Part shown: piece after piece, positions 28,977 through 39,984 of the stretch
How positions within the stretch are numbered: position 1 is the stretch's first letter
Layout: every line of letters starts with the position of its first letter
Assembly (NCBI GenBank): GCA_038889075.1
Contig: JAWAHS010000002.1
Coordinates: 76,930-140,929, forward strand
DNA: 64,000 nt
From: Ignisphaera sp.
GTDB taxonomy: Archaea > Thermoproteota > Thermoprotei_A > Sulfolobales > Ignisphaeraceae
Direction of reading: 5' to 3'
The notes under the pieces: generated by a model
Databases searched by the model: none
Told to the model about the DNA's origin: nothing
The model's input: the letters and a program-made list of their open reading frames with translations, nothing else
Translations under genes and position numbers: made by a program

Positions 28977-29737
28977 AATCCATACTACACCTTCTTAGAT
29001 AATCAGAGGTCATGGTACTGTCATCCAATCCACACCGCGGGACTCATACATCATCTCTATCTATTTTTCTAATACAGTCTTTTTATGTTTATTACCAGAA
29101 ATTCTGAATTGAGAACAATCAGAATAGCTCTATAGATACTAGATAGAAAACAAAATATGCATGAATATATAATTTGAATGGTTATGTGAAACTGTCATTT
29201 ATATCACTCTTGTGATTACATATGGAGGTGGTGCTGTTACTGTAGTTGCTATGGGTACGAAGCCATGTCGACGATATCCATCAATACATCTAGGAGTATT
29301 CTTCGCAAGCTGCTCAAGCTCCTTTCCAAGCCCTGCTATAACTCTGTGGAGGTAGTGCTGTGGGATGGATCCAGCCATGCTCTATAATATAGTCACAGTC
29401 CTCCGGGTTCACAATCTTCTACTCAGCAACTTGCAAGATTAATAGCATCAGAACCGCTGAGCTTCTCATAGCTTCAATGTTGCACTTTAATGGATGTCCA
29501 CGGATCCATACAGTGGTCAGCGATAAATATACCTAATATAGCTAGGGCGAAGTCCACCTATATTATGCTGTAGGTGATCTCTTAACAGGATCTAGCCTAA
29601 TTGTATCTATAATAAGTTTTCTCTATCTCTATATACAATTCCACATTCTCGGTAAGCCTGTAACTACACGTTTGATATCCATCACATGCAATATACCATT
29701 ATATGTGTTTTAAAAGAGTTGAGGACATTGTATTGTT

Positions 29738-29815
29738 TGGTGCCGCGGCCGGGATTTGAACCCGGGTCACGGGCTCGAAAGGCCCGCATACTTGACCGGG
29801 CTATACTACCGCGGC
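29738..29815 (-). tRNA. tRNA-Glu(UUC), intronless, CCA encoded
   Basis: GCCGCGG acceptor stem, CGGGC-CT TTC GA-GCCCG anticodon arm, GGTTCAAATCC T loop. Confidence 0.97.
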
Positions 29816-29981
29816 GCTGAAAAGGTTCTGTTTAGTCAAAGCTAAAAGCTTATATTATCATCGCTAATCATTTGAACCTTTTTATTGAGATTCTGTACGG
29901 AGTTTGAATTGTTAGAATTGGTAGTTGTATATACAAGATGTGCTGTTTACAATTCACCTTAATTGCTGTAGCTAGATTTTA

Positions 29982-30563
29982 TTATCTATTGTGTTTTAGT
30001 ATTTTTATTAATTTGTTTACGAAGTTCTTATCATAGTATTTTTCCAGATCTAGCATATTCATCACACTCTCTATATTTCCTAGCCTTTTTGAAAGCTCCT
30101 TCACAACTTCACCCACTTCCCATGGAAATACTATCCAGCTATTCGTTTCACCTACATAGTAATCAGGCATAGTTATTGACCACGGCTTTATGTATAGCGT
30201 TGCTGTTTTAATATGTCTAGCACCATGTAGTTTTACTACATCCATTGCTACCTGCAGCGTCCGCCCACTATCTGCTACATCATCTACTATAAGCACGTTT
30301 TTACCTCGTAGATCGTGTGTTATTGGACTTGATACCACAGGCTTTTCACCCCTTTCACCAATTCCCTTATAGAATTTTATCTCAATTGTCGATATATCAT
30401 CTACGGCTAGGTAGTCGCCTACAAGTTTAGCAACAATGTATCCACCCCTCAATATTGCTACAATAACCTCTGGTACATATCCAGAGTCTCTAATCCTAAT
30501 ACAGAGCTCCATGGACAATTCAACAATGTCTTTCCAAGTCAATACAAGGAAATTCTGATCCAT
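29982..30563 (-). CDS. type I purine phosphoribosyltransferase (xanthine/guanine-like)
   Basis: AILRGG, VLIVDDVADSGRT, WIVFPWE. Confidence 0.92.
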   Translation of the reverse strand: MDQNFLVLTWKDIVELSMELCIRIRDSGYVPEVIVAILRGGYIVAKLVGDYLAVDDISTIEIKFYKGIGERGEKPVVSSPITHDLRGKNVLIVDDVADSGRTLQVAMDVVKLHGARHIKTATLYIKPWSITMPDYYVGETNSWIVFPWEVGEVVKELSKRLGNIESVMNMLDLEKYYDKNFVNKLIKILKHNR

Positions 30564-31044
30564 GCTACATCTACCTCTGAACTTCTTATTTAAAGTACCT
30601 ATGTAGAATAAATTTAAGCTTGTTTCAGAGTCTATCAATTTCTTGTAATTTGCACTAGTTTAAAATGATGAATCGATGGTCGTATGTATCCTGAAAGAAA
30701 TTCGCTAAATCGAGTAAAGGTGATGGAATTAGGAAAGAACACATTAGATATTCCCATCACGTACAGTAGATGTTTAAGTGGCTAAATATTCTTGAACTGA
30801 GGTGTGATTACAGATTCAAACATCTTTAGAAAACCTCGTGGAACTGTTTCGATTTTTGTATTATTTTATGTAGATTGATATTAATCTTTAGTTATCACTA
30901 TTGCTCATACTTTTTCTTCTTTTCACGTGGCCGTCTCACTTTCTCCATACCGTCTTTCGGCAGTTAGATAAGATGGAAGCTTCATGTCTACTTAATGTAA
31001 TATTTTTAAACTCTATAGATTGTATGTATGATAGGTGAATCGAA

Positions 31045-32268
31045 ATGGAGAGATTAGGTATAGGTATACTTGGGGCAGGATTTGTAGCAAGATTCCATCT
31101 AAGAGCATTTGCAAACATTAGGAATATTGATGTGGTCGCCATATATTCTAGAACGTATGAAAAATCGAAAGAACTTGCACTCTATTCCGAACAACTTGGT
31201 CTTGGGAGACCTCGGGTATACGATAATGTATGGGATTTATTGAAGGATCCAAAGGTTAATGCCATATGGATTTTAACTCCAAACGATACTCATGTAATGT
31301 ATGCCAAGTATGTAGCTGAAGAGGCTAGGCAGGGAAAGGGTAATCTAGTGGGAGTTGTTATTGAGAAACCCCTTGCTAGGAATATTAGAGAAGCTAAGGA
31401 GATGTTGGATGCTATCAAGAAAGCAAACCTTCTACATGGATATCTAGAGAATCAGGTTTTCATGCCTTCCGTAATACGAGGGAAGGAGGTTATATGGAGT
31501 ATAGGTGCGCGATACTCTGGTAGACCATATTTAGCAAGAGCTGCAGAAGAGCACGCAGGTCCTCACAATGCATGGTTCTGGAGACCATCTATATCAGGTG
31601 GAGGGGTGCTCCTAGATATGATGTGCCATAGCCTAGAAGCTGCAAGGCACTTCCTCTACGATCCTAAGAAGAGTAAAGATAGCTTAAAGCCAAAGTATGT
31701 ATATGGGGAAACGGCAATTCTAAAGTGGCTTAGAAAAGAGTATGTTGATGATCTTAGGAAACGCTTTGGAATAGACTTTTCGAAGGAACCTGCTGAAGAC
31801 TATGCATTAGCGGTAGTAACATATGAAGATGATGAGGGCAATCTCGTATTATCGGAAACTAGAACATCATGGTCATTCGTAGGAGCAGGTCTAAGACTAT
31901 CGTTTGAGGTATTGGGTCCTGAATACAGTCTCTACATAAATACACTGCAACCAGAGCTCTTTACATTTATTAGTAGAAATATAAAGATTCCACCATCTGA
32001 AGAATTCATTGAAAAACAAAATGCTGAACAAGGGCTGATGCCAATAATACCAGATGAAGCCATAACATATGGTTACCATGCTGAGGATAAGCATATGGTA
32101 GAATCATTCCTAGCAGGGAAAATGCCTACAGAGAACTGGTATGATGGATACCTAGTTGTAGAACTAATGATGCATACTTATTTATCTGCAGAAAAGGGAG
32201 TTAAAATAAGATTTGATCCTACACAAGTAGAGGACTACATACCTCCATATGCCAGAGGAAAAAGTTAG
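31045..32268 (+). CDS. Gfo/Idh/MocA-family oxidoreductase
   Basis: GAGFVARFH, EKP, GGGVLLDMMCH. Confidence 0.92.
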   Translation: MERLGIGILGAGFVARFHLRAFANIRNIDVVAIYSRTYEKSKELALYSEQLGLGRPRVYDNVWDLLKDPKVNAIWILTPNDTHVMYAKYVAEEARQGKGNLVGVVIEKPLARNIREAKEMLDAIKKANLLHGYLENQVFMPSVIRGKEVIWSIGARYSGRPYLARAAEEHAGPHNAWFWRPSISGGGVLLDMMCHSLEAARHFLYDPKKSKDSLKPKYVYGETAILKWLRKEYVDDLRKRFGIDFSKEPAEDYALAVVTYEDDEGNLVLSETRTSWSFVGAGLRLSFEVLGPEYSLYINTLQPELFTFISRNIKIPPSEEFIEKQNAEQGLMPIIPDEAITYGYHAEDKHMVESFLAGKMPTENWYDGYLVVELMMHTYLSAEKGVKIRFDPTQVEDYIPPYARGKS

Positions 32269-32291
32269 CAAATCCTGTACTTGCTTGTATA

Positions 32292-33371
32292 CTACACCTC
32301 AGGCAACTCTATTTTTACCTCCCTACCTATAGTTGAAGAGGTGTATACTGCATCTATTATTGTATGCAATATTATACTCTGATACCCTGTTACAGGTGGT
32401 TCGTGATCCTCAGTAATGCTATGTATAAATGATTTGACCATTTCGAAAGCCATATCGGCAGATCTTAAAATTGGTTTCGCATCGTATAGAAACCTCTCTG
32501 ATCTACTGTGGAACGATATATCCTTCATAGCTTCATCACCCTTAGCTTCAATACCACCCTTATCACCAAGGATTTTCATGTAGCCAACCTCTCCTACATG
32601 TGATACATTTGCAGCCCATGCGACTTCAAAAACCATTGTAAGTCCTCCCTCAAATCTTACAAAACCAGTAGCAAAATCATCTAATTTAAATTTTGAAGGA
32701 TCCCAACTACCCCAATTGAATTTGATTTCATCAGCAACATTACCAAATTTGGTATAGACCGCACCAGTAACATACAGCGGCTTCCTATACCCTGTTGCCG
32801 CAAGGAGATTGTCAATTATATAGCATCCTATATCAAGCAGGGCGCCTCTACCGCCTGATAGTGTTTTATCGATGAACGTTGGTGATCCTGGGATACCACG
32901 TCTTCTAATGAGGTAGCCATAGGCATAGTAGGGATCTCCAAGAAGACCTCCACTATAGATATCGATTGCGTACTGCAATGCTGGTGAGAATCTACTCCAA
33001 TATCCAACCATAATCTTTCTATTCATCTTTTTAGCCATTTTAACGACTTCGACAACTTCGTTTACGTTTACTCCAAGGGGCTTATCAACAAGTACATGAA
33101 TACCATTCTTTAGCATATCTATAGCTATAGTTGCATGTAGACCTGTGGGGGTAACGATACTCGCAGCATCTACTTCCTCTTTACTAATCATATCCATATA
33201 ATCTGTATAACACTTTGTATTATATTTAGAGGCAATCTCTTCACATCTAGACTTATTTATATCGGCAACAGCAACCAATTTAACATTTGAAACTCTGAGT
33301 AATGGAATTAGATGTCTGTTTACTCCATGTCCTCCAACACCAACAATAGCATATTTAACTGTAGCACTCAT
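32292..33371 (-). CDS. Gfo/Idh/MocA-family oxidoreductase
   Basis: GVGGHG, DKP, RRRGIP, GALLDIGCY. Confidence 0.92.
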   Translation of the reverse strand: MSATVKYAIVGVGGHGVNRHLIPLLRVSNVKLVAVADINKSRCEEIASKYNTKCYTDYMDMISKEEVDAASIVTPTGLHATIAIDMLKNGIHVLVDKPLGVNVNEVVEVVKMAKKMNRKIMVGYWSRFSPALQYAIDIYSGGLLGDPYYAYGYLIRRRGIPGSPTFIDKTLSGGRGALLDIGCYIIDNLLAATGYRKPLYVTGAVYTKFGNVADEIKFNWGSWDPSKFKLDDFATGFVRFEGGLTMVFEVAWAANVSHVGEVGYMKILGDKGGIEAKGDEAMKDISFHSRSERFLYDAKPILRSADMAFEMVKSFIHSITEDHEPPVTGYQSIILHTIIDAVYTSSTIGREVKIELPEV

Positions 33372-33380
33372 ACAAAATCC

Positions 33381-34496
33381 CTACTGTTTTAGGCACTTCA
33401 GCTGTTCCCTAGCACAATCAATTAATTTATCTGGAACATCTATTCTAATCTCTCTACCACTTATTGAAGATTCATAGATAGTAGTAAGAATAATTACATC
33501 AATAGCGCCTTGTTCAGCCGTAGCGATAGGACATAGGGAAGCACTATCATTACGTTCAATAGCTGTTAGAAACCTTCTCCAAGCCTCCTTATGGCTGTTG
33601 ACATGCGGTATCGATGGTGGTGTAGCTATGAGGAACTCTCTTTCAACTGAGGTCATATAGCTCAGACCGCTATTATCTATCTGGATACCACCTCTATCAC
33701 CGAGGATAACATATTCAATTCTATTCTCTTTTACATATGAAGCCCAGCTGACCTCAACATACATGGTAATATTATTTTCGAATGATATGTATGCTGAACC
33801 GAAGTCCTCTACTTCAGATACCATGCCGGGTTGCGGTGGTTGAGGATAATTCATACCAAACTCTTCTATTCTTTCACCGAAAGCTCTATATACAAACCCC
33901 TTAACACCTACAGGTTTTGGATATCCAGATAAATAGAGTAGCATATCTACAGCATGTGAAGCAATATCATAGACTGCACCACCTTTTGCAAGATCCCTCT
34001 TTATAAATGTAGGAGCCGGAGGAATTCCACGCTGTCTAAGTATAAACCCTCTTGCATAATATATCCTCCCTATATTCCCCCTGTGAATGAATTTAGCTGC
34101 TGTAGAGCTTCTGTAATCAAATCGACCATTGTGTCCCACGACAGCGAATCTATCTCTGCTACGCATTGTTTCGACAATTTTTAGAGCCTCTTCACTACTT
34201 ACTGACATAGGCTTCTCGATATAGACGTGGGCACCGTTTTCCAAGGCATCAATAGCTATTCTAGCGTGAAAGGCGTTGGGTGTAGCAACCAGTACAACAT
34301 CAGGATTTTCATTTTTCAACATCTCCCTATAGTCACTGTAACCCTTGCATCCTGTTTTTTCAATAAATGATTTCACCTTGTACTCATCTACATCAACACA
34401 TAAATCAACGTTGAATCCCAGCTCCTTTATAGCTGGTAAGTGTGCCTGTGAAGCTATGCCTCCCAAACCTACGAACGCTATGGTAATCTTGGGCAT
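33381..34496 (-). CDS. Gfo/Idh/MocA-family oxidoreductase
   Basis: GLGGIA, EKP, RQRGIP, GGAVYDIASH. Confidence 0.92.
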   Translation of the reverse strand: MPKITIAFVGLGGIASQAHLPAIKELGFNVDLCVDVDEYKVKSFIEKTGCKGYSDYREMLKNENPDVVLVATPNAFHARIAIDALENGAHVYIEKPMSVSSEEALKIVETMRSRDRFAVVGHNGRFDYRSSTAAKFIHRGNIGRIYYARGFILRQRGIPPAPTFIKRDLAKGGAVYDIASHAVDMLLYLSGYPKPVGVKGFVYRAFGERIEEFGMNYPQPPQPGMVSEVEDFGSAYISFENNITMYVEVSWASYVKENRIEYVILGDRGGIQIDNSGLSYMTSVEREFLIATPPSIPHVNSHKEAWRRFLTAIERNDSASLCPIATAEQGAIDVIILTTIYESSISGREIRIDVPDKLIDCAREQLKCLKQ

Positions 34497-34761
34497 GTTT
34501 AAAGACCTCTATTAGTAAGTACTGTATGACATAAAAATGTGTGTTCAATGGACCTAATATACAGATGGTATGGATACTATATTATCACCATCTCAAATAA
34601 TAAGTGATGCAATGCGCTGACAATATTAAATGCCCTAGCAATTCCGTTTCCAAGTATCATTGTCAAACCCATGTGATATTGGACCCTATAAATTACGTGG
34701 AGGGCAGCTATTCAGGTATCCAAATTGTTTTGATGCAAATTGTTGGTGTTTCCCTGCTAAA

Positions 34762-36450
34762 CTAATCTAGGAGATCATGTATCCCTGCAGCTCTCCAGAA
34801 CCTACCAACGATATTTTCAAGACCTTCGATCTTTCTTTCTCTGAGCCATAGATTAGAGTACTCTCTAGCTAACGCTATATATTCAGATACCTTTATATTT
34901 CCATTAATAGATTTCAATGTTGCTTCAAGAAAGCTACGGATAAAGTTGAGATCATCAGGAAGTACCAAATCCTTTACGTACTCTAGCGTTCTTTCAATGG
35001 CATTTCTTAAATTCGCAATTTCTTCGGCTGGTATGAATCTAGTAATTAGCTTTGAAATCTCTGTCTTCAGTAGAATATGCTTGGGAAGCCAGATTCCCCA
35101 TCTCACATTCCATTTTGTTATAACAGTATCGACCTCGCCAAATAGCTTTCTAGCATTTACCACTCTAGGTTCTTCACCTATTAAACTTGCCCATTTATCT
35201 TCCCAATTACCGTTACCCTCGGCAAACTCTATCGCAGCTAGTATTAATGGATCTAGGAGTGAAAATAGACACTCCGAGCCATCGTCGCCCCATGCGGTTA
35301 CTAGAAAGCCGCTAATACCCTCTTCTCTTGCTGCTTCTAGAAAATTCTTCAGATTTTCAAGTGCTGTTGGAAAGTCAGGGTAGTATCTATTCCAGTTCCA
35401 GAGTCCTGGAGCAACAATTTGTTCGATGTTCTTCTCTTTAAATAATCTTATCTTTTCTCTAAAATATTCTTTTGAATTTGGTGAGTAATCCCAGTTGACA
35501 ACCACCACCTCTTTCCATATTGGACTATCTAAAAGTCTTTTCCACTGTTCCTTTTCACTCTCTCTAAGATATGCTGCAGTGATCATATCACCCCATACCA
35601 TGGGTACCTTATTTCTAGTCTTCACAATTTTAATCATGTTGTAGTGATGCCTCTCATAGAGTTCAGGACCAATAAATTTCAATGATTTATCGAGACTCCT
35701 ACCTCTACCAAGTGCCCACGTTTCATCACCTCCAATATGGATGTATCTGCTTGGGAAGAAGTCCACTACCTCCTTAAGTAGATTATATGCGAACTCCCTA
35801 GCCTCCTCATTATCAACATTCAGAACACCCTCTTTAGGATTATGCCACTCGCTATATCTATGAAATGGTGGAAGGATTAGGATATTCTCCATGTGACCGC
35901 ATAGTTCAAGCGATGGAAAAACCTCGATACCGAGATTTGCACCATAGTCCACAATCTCTTTCAACTCATTCTCACTGTATCTACCTCTAAAGAAACCTAT
36001 ATCTGGATACCCCTTCCATGGGAATAGATCCTCTAAATAGATGGCAAAGTAGTTGTATTTCAATATATATAGCCATCGTAGAATCTTCTTTAGAGTATTT
36101 ACGGTAGGAACTCCACCTCTGGCTACATCCAGATGAAAGCCTCTAAATTTGAATCTAAACGATTCAACAATCTTAGCCTCTGGTAGACGGGATTCATTTT
36201 GAAGAAGCAATTGAATTATGGTAGCATATGCAATCTTTTCATCACCCCATACCCTTACAGTACCCTTCGTTATCTCTATACCAGCATCGCCTTCACCAGT
36301 TACCTTAACTATTTCCCAATCACCTATAGGGATGCTGAACTCCTTTGTTAGGAATTCAGGAAAGTTAGAGAAGCCATTGAATTCGAACCATCTACCTGTG
36401 AATTCAATAATTTTAGGCTCAGGGACTATGTAGATACGTTTTTGGGACAT
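34762..36450 (-). CDS. glycoside hydrolase family 20, beta-N-acetylhexosaminidase
   Basis: RGFHLDVARG, GHME, catalytic HIGGDE, WGDM, WDY, TAWGDDG. Confidence 0.92.
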   Translation of the reverse strand: MSQKRIYIVPEPKIIEFTGRWFEFNGFSNFPEFLTKEFSIPIGDWEIVKVTGEGDAGIEITKGTVRVWGDEKIAYATIIQLLLQNESRLPEAKIVESFRFKFRGFHLDVARGGVPTVNTLKKILRWLYILKYNYFAIYLEDLFPWKGYPDIGFFRGRYSENELKEIVDYGANLGIEVFPSLELCGHMENILILPPFHRYSEWHNPKEGVLNVDNEEAREFAYNLLKEVVDFFPSRYIHIGGDETWALGRGRSLDKSLKFIGPELYERHHYNMIKIVKTRNKVPMVWGDMITAAYLRESEKEQWKRLLDSPIWKEVVVVNWDYSPNSKEYFREKIRLFKEKNIEQIVAPGLWNWNRYYPDFPTALENLKNFLEAAREEGISGFLVTAWGDDGSECLFSLLDPLILAAIEFAEGNGNWEDKWASLIGEEPRVVNARKLFGEVDTVITKWNVRWGIWLPKHILLKTEISKLITRFIPAEEIANLRNAIERTLEYVKDLVLPDDLNFIRSFLEATLKSINGNIKVSEYIALAREYSNLWLRERKIEGLENIVGRFWRAAGIHDLLD

Positions 36451-36548
36451 CTAATACACCAGAATATGTACGGTGAGTAAAATATAATATAAATTGAGAT
36501 GAAATAAGACGGTACAACCTAATTGTAAATAGCGGTTAATCGTGTTAG

Positions 36549-38627
36549 CTAATGCTGGACATCAAATCTATACCGATTTCTCCACTCCTCAAATATCTTA
36601 TAGACCTTTGAATCCTTTACAAATATCGGAATAACGTCGAGCGCCACACTATATTCTATCCATTGACCACCACTATAGCTATCGCCAGTATTTGCATCAA
36701 TCCATTCTACACCTCTCGGTAAATAGACACTTCTCTTTGTTGCACCCCTCTCTAGCACTGGAGCAACAAGAATTTCTGAACCAAACATGTATTCATCTTC
36801 AATGCTATACGTATTTAGATCGTGGGGGAAATCGAAGAATAATGGTCTTATAATTGGCAATCCTTCTTCATGAGCCCTTCTGACCTGTTCAAGAATATAT
36901 TGTTTTAATAATTCTCTTAGAAATAAAAGGCTCCTTATGATTCGGTAAGCTTCGTCACCAAAACTCCATATCTCATTTGGACCACCAGTCAATTCATATA
37001 CATCACATGTAGATCCGTCCCTTGGATACGGTTTTCTATAACCATGCAGTCTAAAAATTGGACAGAAGACACCGAATTGAAACCATCTAATGATCAGCTC
37101 CCTGAATTCGGGATCACTTGGATCACCCCCGTAGAAACCACCTATATCTGTAGTCCAGTAGACTATTCCAGACAATGCCATATTTAGTCCAGCCTTTACC
37201 TGTCTCTTTAACGAATCAAAGGTAGATGGAATATCGCCAGACCATACAACAATTGGGTATCTCTGTGAACCTATCCAAGCAGCTCTAATTAGTAAGACAA
37301 ATTCTCTTTCACCCTCCGTCTCTAGTCCGTCATAGAAGGTTTTTGCATAGTAAAATGGATATAGATTTGAAACTTCGAGACCGTTACCAAGGTAGTACCT
37401 TACGTTATCGTAATGATAGGGTAGGATATTAAAGTAGTCAAAGCTCCAGCCGAACTCGGGCTCTGCTTCGTCCAGCCAGAACAGCCTAATTCCATGCTTA
37501 CAGTAGTTTTCTCTAACCTTACTCCATACGAATAATCTTGCCTCTGGATTGGTAAAATCGACATATGTAGTAAGTCCTCTAAACGTTTGAAGTATTGGTA
37601 TACCTTTCTCAGTTTTTACAAGAAGACCTCTTCTAACCATTTCATCGTAATTTTCACTAGACACGTCGACAGTAGGCCATATAGATACCATAACCTTTAC
37701 TCCAAGCTCTTCGAGTTCTTTAACCATTCTCTCGGGATCAGGCCAATACCTAGAATCGAATTTCCAATCACCTTGGTTTGTCCAGTGAAAGAAATCTATA
37801 ACAATTATGGATAGTGGTAATCTTCTTCTCTTGTATTCGTATGCTATATTTATTAGCTCCTCCTGACTTCTATACCTAAGCTTAGATTGCCAGAAGCCGA
37901 AAGCCCATTCTGGTAAAACAGGTGGATTTCCGGTTATCTCAAAATATCTTTTCAATACCTCAGCTGGTGAGCTACCATATATAACAAGATAGTCTATTTG
38001 TTTAGATGCCTTGCACATCCATACTGTTGAATTTTTAGCAAATATGGCCTTGCCTATACATGGGTTATTCCATACAAATCCATAAAATATCCCATCATGT
38101 GGACGAATGATTAAAGCAAATGGAATGCTTATCTGTGTGTTTCTATGGGCAAGCTCTAATGCACATCCTTTCAAATTCATATAGCCAATAGCATACTGTC
38201 CCATACCATATATATGGTCATCATCGTTAGCTTTAAGGTATAACTCGATTTCATACAGATCACCATGTATATGCCTATAGTTCCTAGCTTTTAGAAGATC
38301 AGCATTGTTAACTCTATAATCAATCCAGAGCTCCTCAAATAGCAGCTTGTCATTACCATAGTAGCCAACAGCACCATCATTGCTAACCTTGACGACAAGG
38401 TTTCCACACTCCATATAGGCCCCATTATCGTTAATAGATATGTTAATAGATGAGTGTAGCGAAGGTCTAAGCAAAGTCCAGTTTTCATCTACAATGCTTC
38501 CAGTAACTGATGACCTGAAACGTATAACGTTCTCATTCCATGGCTCAATCCTTATAATTTCTCCAGATCCTTTAGCAACTAGAGCATTACCATCTCTATA
38601 AAATAGATAGAGTGAAGTCTGTGGCAA
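36549..38627 (-). CDS. glycoside hydrolase family 31 (alpha-xylosidase/alpha-glucosidase, XylS-like)
   Basis: GFWQSKLRY, nucleophile WLDEAEPE, acid/base WSGD, DIGGF, RLHG. Confidence 0.92.
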   Translation of the reverse strand: MPQTSLYLFYRDGNALVAKGSGEIIRIEPWNENVIRFRSSVTGSIVDENWTLLRPSLHSSINISINDNGAYMECGNLVVKVSNDGAVGYYGNDKLLFEELWIDYRVNNADLLKARNYRHIHGDLYEIELYLKANDDDHIYGMGQYAIGYMNLKGCALELAHRNTQISIPFALIIRPHDGIFYGFVWNNPCIGKAIFAKNSTVWMCKASKQIDYLVIYGSSPAEVLKRYFEITGNPPVLPEWAFGFWQSKLRYRSQEELINIAYEYKRRRLPLSIIVIDFFHWTNQGDWKFDSRYWPDPERMVKELEELGVKVMVSIWPTVDVSSENYDEMVRRGLLVKTEKGIPILQTFRGLTTYVDFTNPEARLFVWSKVRENYCKHGIRLFWLDEAEPEFGWSFDYFNILPYHYDNVRYYLGNGLEVSNLYPFYYAKTFYDGLETEGEREFVLLIRAAWIGSQRYPIVVWSGDIPSTFDSLKRQVKAGLNMALSGIVYWTTDIGGFYGGDPSDPEFRELIIRWFQFGVFCPIFRLHGYRKPYPRDGSTCDVYELTGGPNEIWSFGDEAYRIIRSLLFLRELLKQYILEQVRRAHEEGLPIIRPLFFDFPHDLNTYSIEDEYMFGSEILVAPVLERGATKRSVYLPRGVEWIDANTGDSYSGGQWIEYSVALDVIPIFVKDSKVYKIFEEWRNRYRFDVQH

Positions 38628-38877
38628 AACTACCAGCCGTATATCTATATCTATGGGGTATGTTTATAAGATCAAGTTCTGCAATAAATGTATTGGAGCG
38701 GATTGAATGTTGCATCAAGTACCTTGTCATGTTATTTATATTACAATCGGTGGTTATTGCTATAAAGTGTATAACATCTCAATTCATAGATTAAACTCTC
38801 TCTAATAAGAATATTTTTAAACTTTTACCTCACAATATAGAGGTAATTTATACAGTGCACAGTATCATTTAAGATAG

Positions 38878-39984
38878 GTGGTACTGACTATGATTGTAGC
38901 AACTAGGTATGCTATGTTGAAGAGATTAGGAAAGTATATTGCAATACGGGGTACAGCCATTTTAGTAACCACCATTATAGCAATATATATTGTCATATTC
39001 ATTGCAAATATGGGAGGATTTGTTGATGAGATAATAAAAAGTGAAATACAGTTTAGTGTATATGAGGCAATTAGGAACAATCCTGCATATAGAGGTATGA
39101 ATAAAAGTGTTATCGAATTGATAGCACGGGATATGATTGAAATGGAGATAAAGAGGATAGGTCTTGACAAACCATTTATATATAGAAGCTTTAACTATCT
39201 TATAGATGCTCTCACCCTAAATCTTGGGAGAGCTATTAGAATAACGAGTGCTAGTGGGTCTAGGCAGGTAAGAATTATAATTCTTGAAAGGCTTCCTGCG
39301 TCAATACTTCTGTTTACTACAATACAGATTATGTTGTTCTTTTCAAGCTTGGTCACAGGTTTGTACCTCTCTAGACGGTATGGAAGTAAGATTGATAAGA
39401 TTATTGTAGCTCTCTCACCACTATCCTCTATGCCAGGTTGGTTCTACGGATTATTCTTAATTATGATTTTTGCATCATGGCTTGGGATACTTCCATATGG
39501 CGGGCTTGTGGATGCTCCACCTCCAGAACATCCTCTACTCTATGCATTAAGTGTTCTAAAACATATGGTACTTCCTATGATGTCGTGGTTTATAGCATAC
39601 TTTGCAATAAATACGTACTCTATGAGAACATTCTTCTTAATGTTCTCATCTGAAGATTATGTAGAGCTAGCAAAGGCTAAGGGGGTTCCTGCCAGAGAGA
39701 TAGAAAGAAGATACATACTTAGACCAACACTTCCGCCAATAGTCACGCAGCTAGCGTTGCTTCTCATATCCTCGTGGATGGGTGCAATAGTAACTGAAAA
39801 CATATTTAATTGGCCAGGTATAGGTACGTTAATATGGATGGCTATAGCAAATAACGATTCACCGGTTCTCATAGGTATAGTGACGATATATGCCTATTTA
39901 CTTGCAATTACAGTACTTCTACTAGATATAATCTATGTATTGATAGATCCTAGAATCAAGATAGGAGGTGTAGGTACCTCATGA
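38878..39984 (+). CDS. Opp/Dpp-family ABC permease (DppB-like)
   Basis: DYVELAKAKG, ENIFNWPGIG, LIDPRIK. Confidence 0.93.
   Translation: MVLTMIVATRYAMLKRLGKYIAIRGTAILVTTIIAIYIVIFIANMGGFVDEIIKSEIQFSVYEAIRNNPAYRGMNKSVIELIARDMIEMEIKRIGLDKPFIYRSFNYLIDALTLNLGRAIRITSASGSRQVRIIILERLPASILLFTTIQIMLFFSSLVTGLYLSRRYGSKIDKIIVALSPLSSMPGWFYGLFLIMIFASWLGILPYGGLVDAPPPEHPLLYALSVLKHMVLPMMSWFIAYFAINTYSMRTFFLMFSSEDYVELAKAKGVPAREIERRYILRPTLPPIVTQLALLLISSWMGAIVTENIFNWPGIGTLIWMAIANNDSPVLIGIVTIYAYLLAITVLLLDIIYVLIDPRIKIGGVGTS

Noticed and set aside
30664-30730. ATGATGA...CTGA, possible C/D sRNA
   Set aside because: 19-nt spacer and no second C'/D pair at a proper distance
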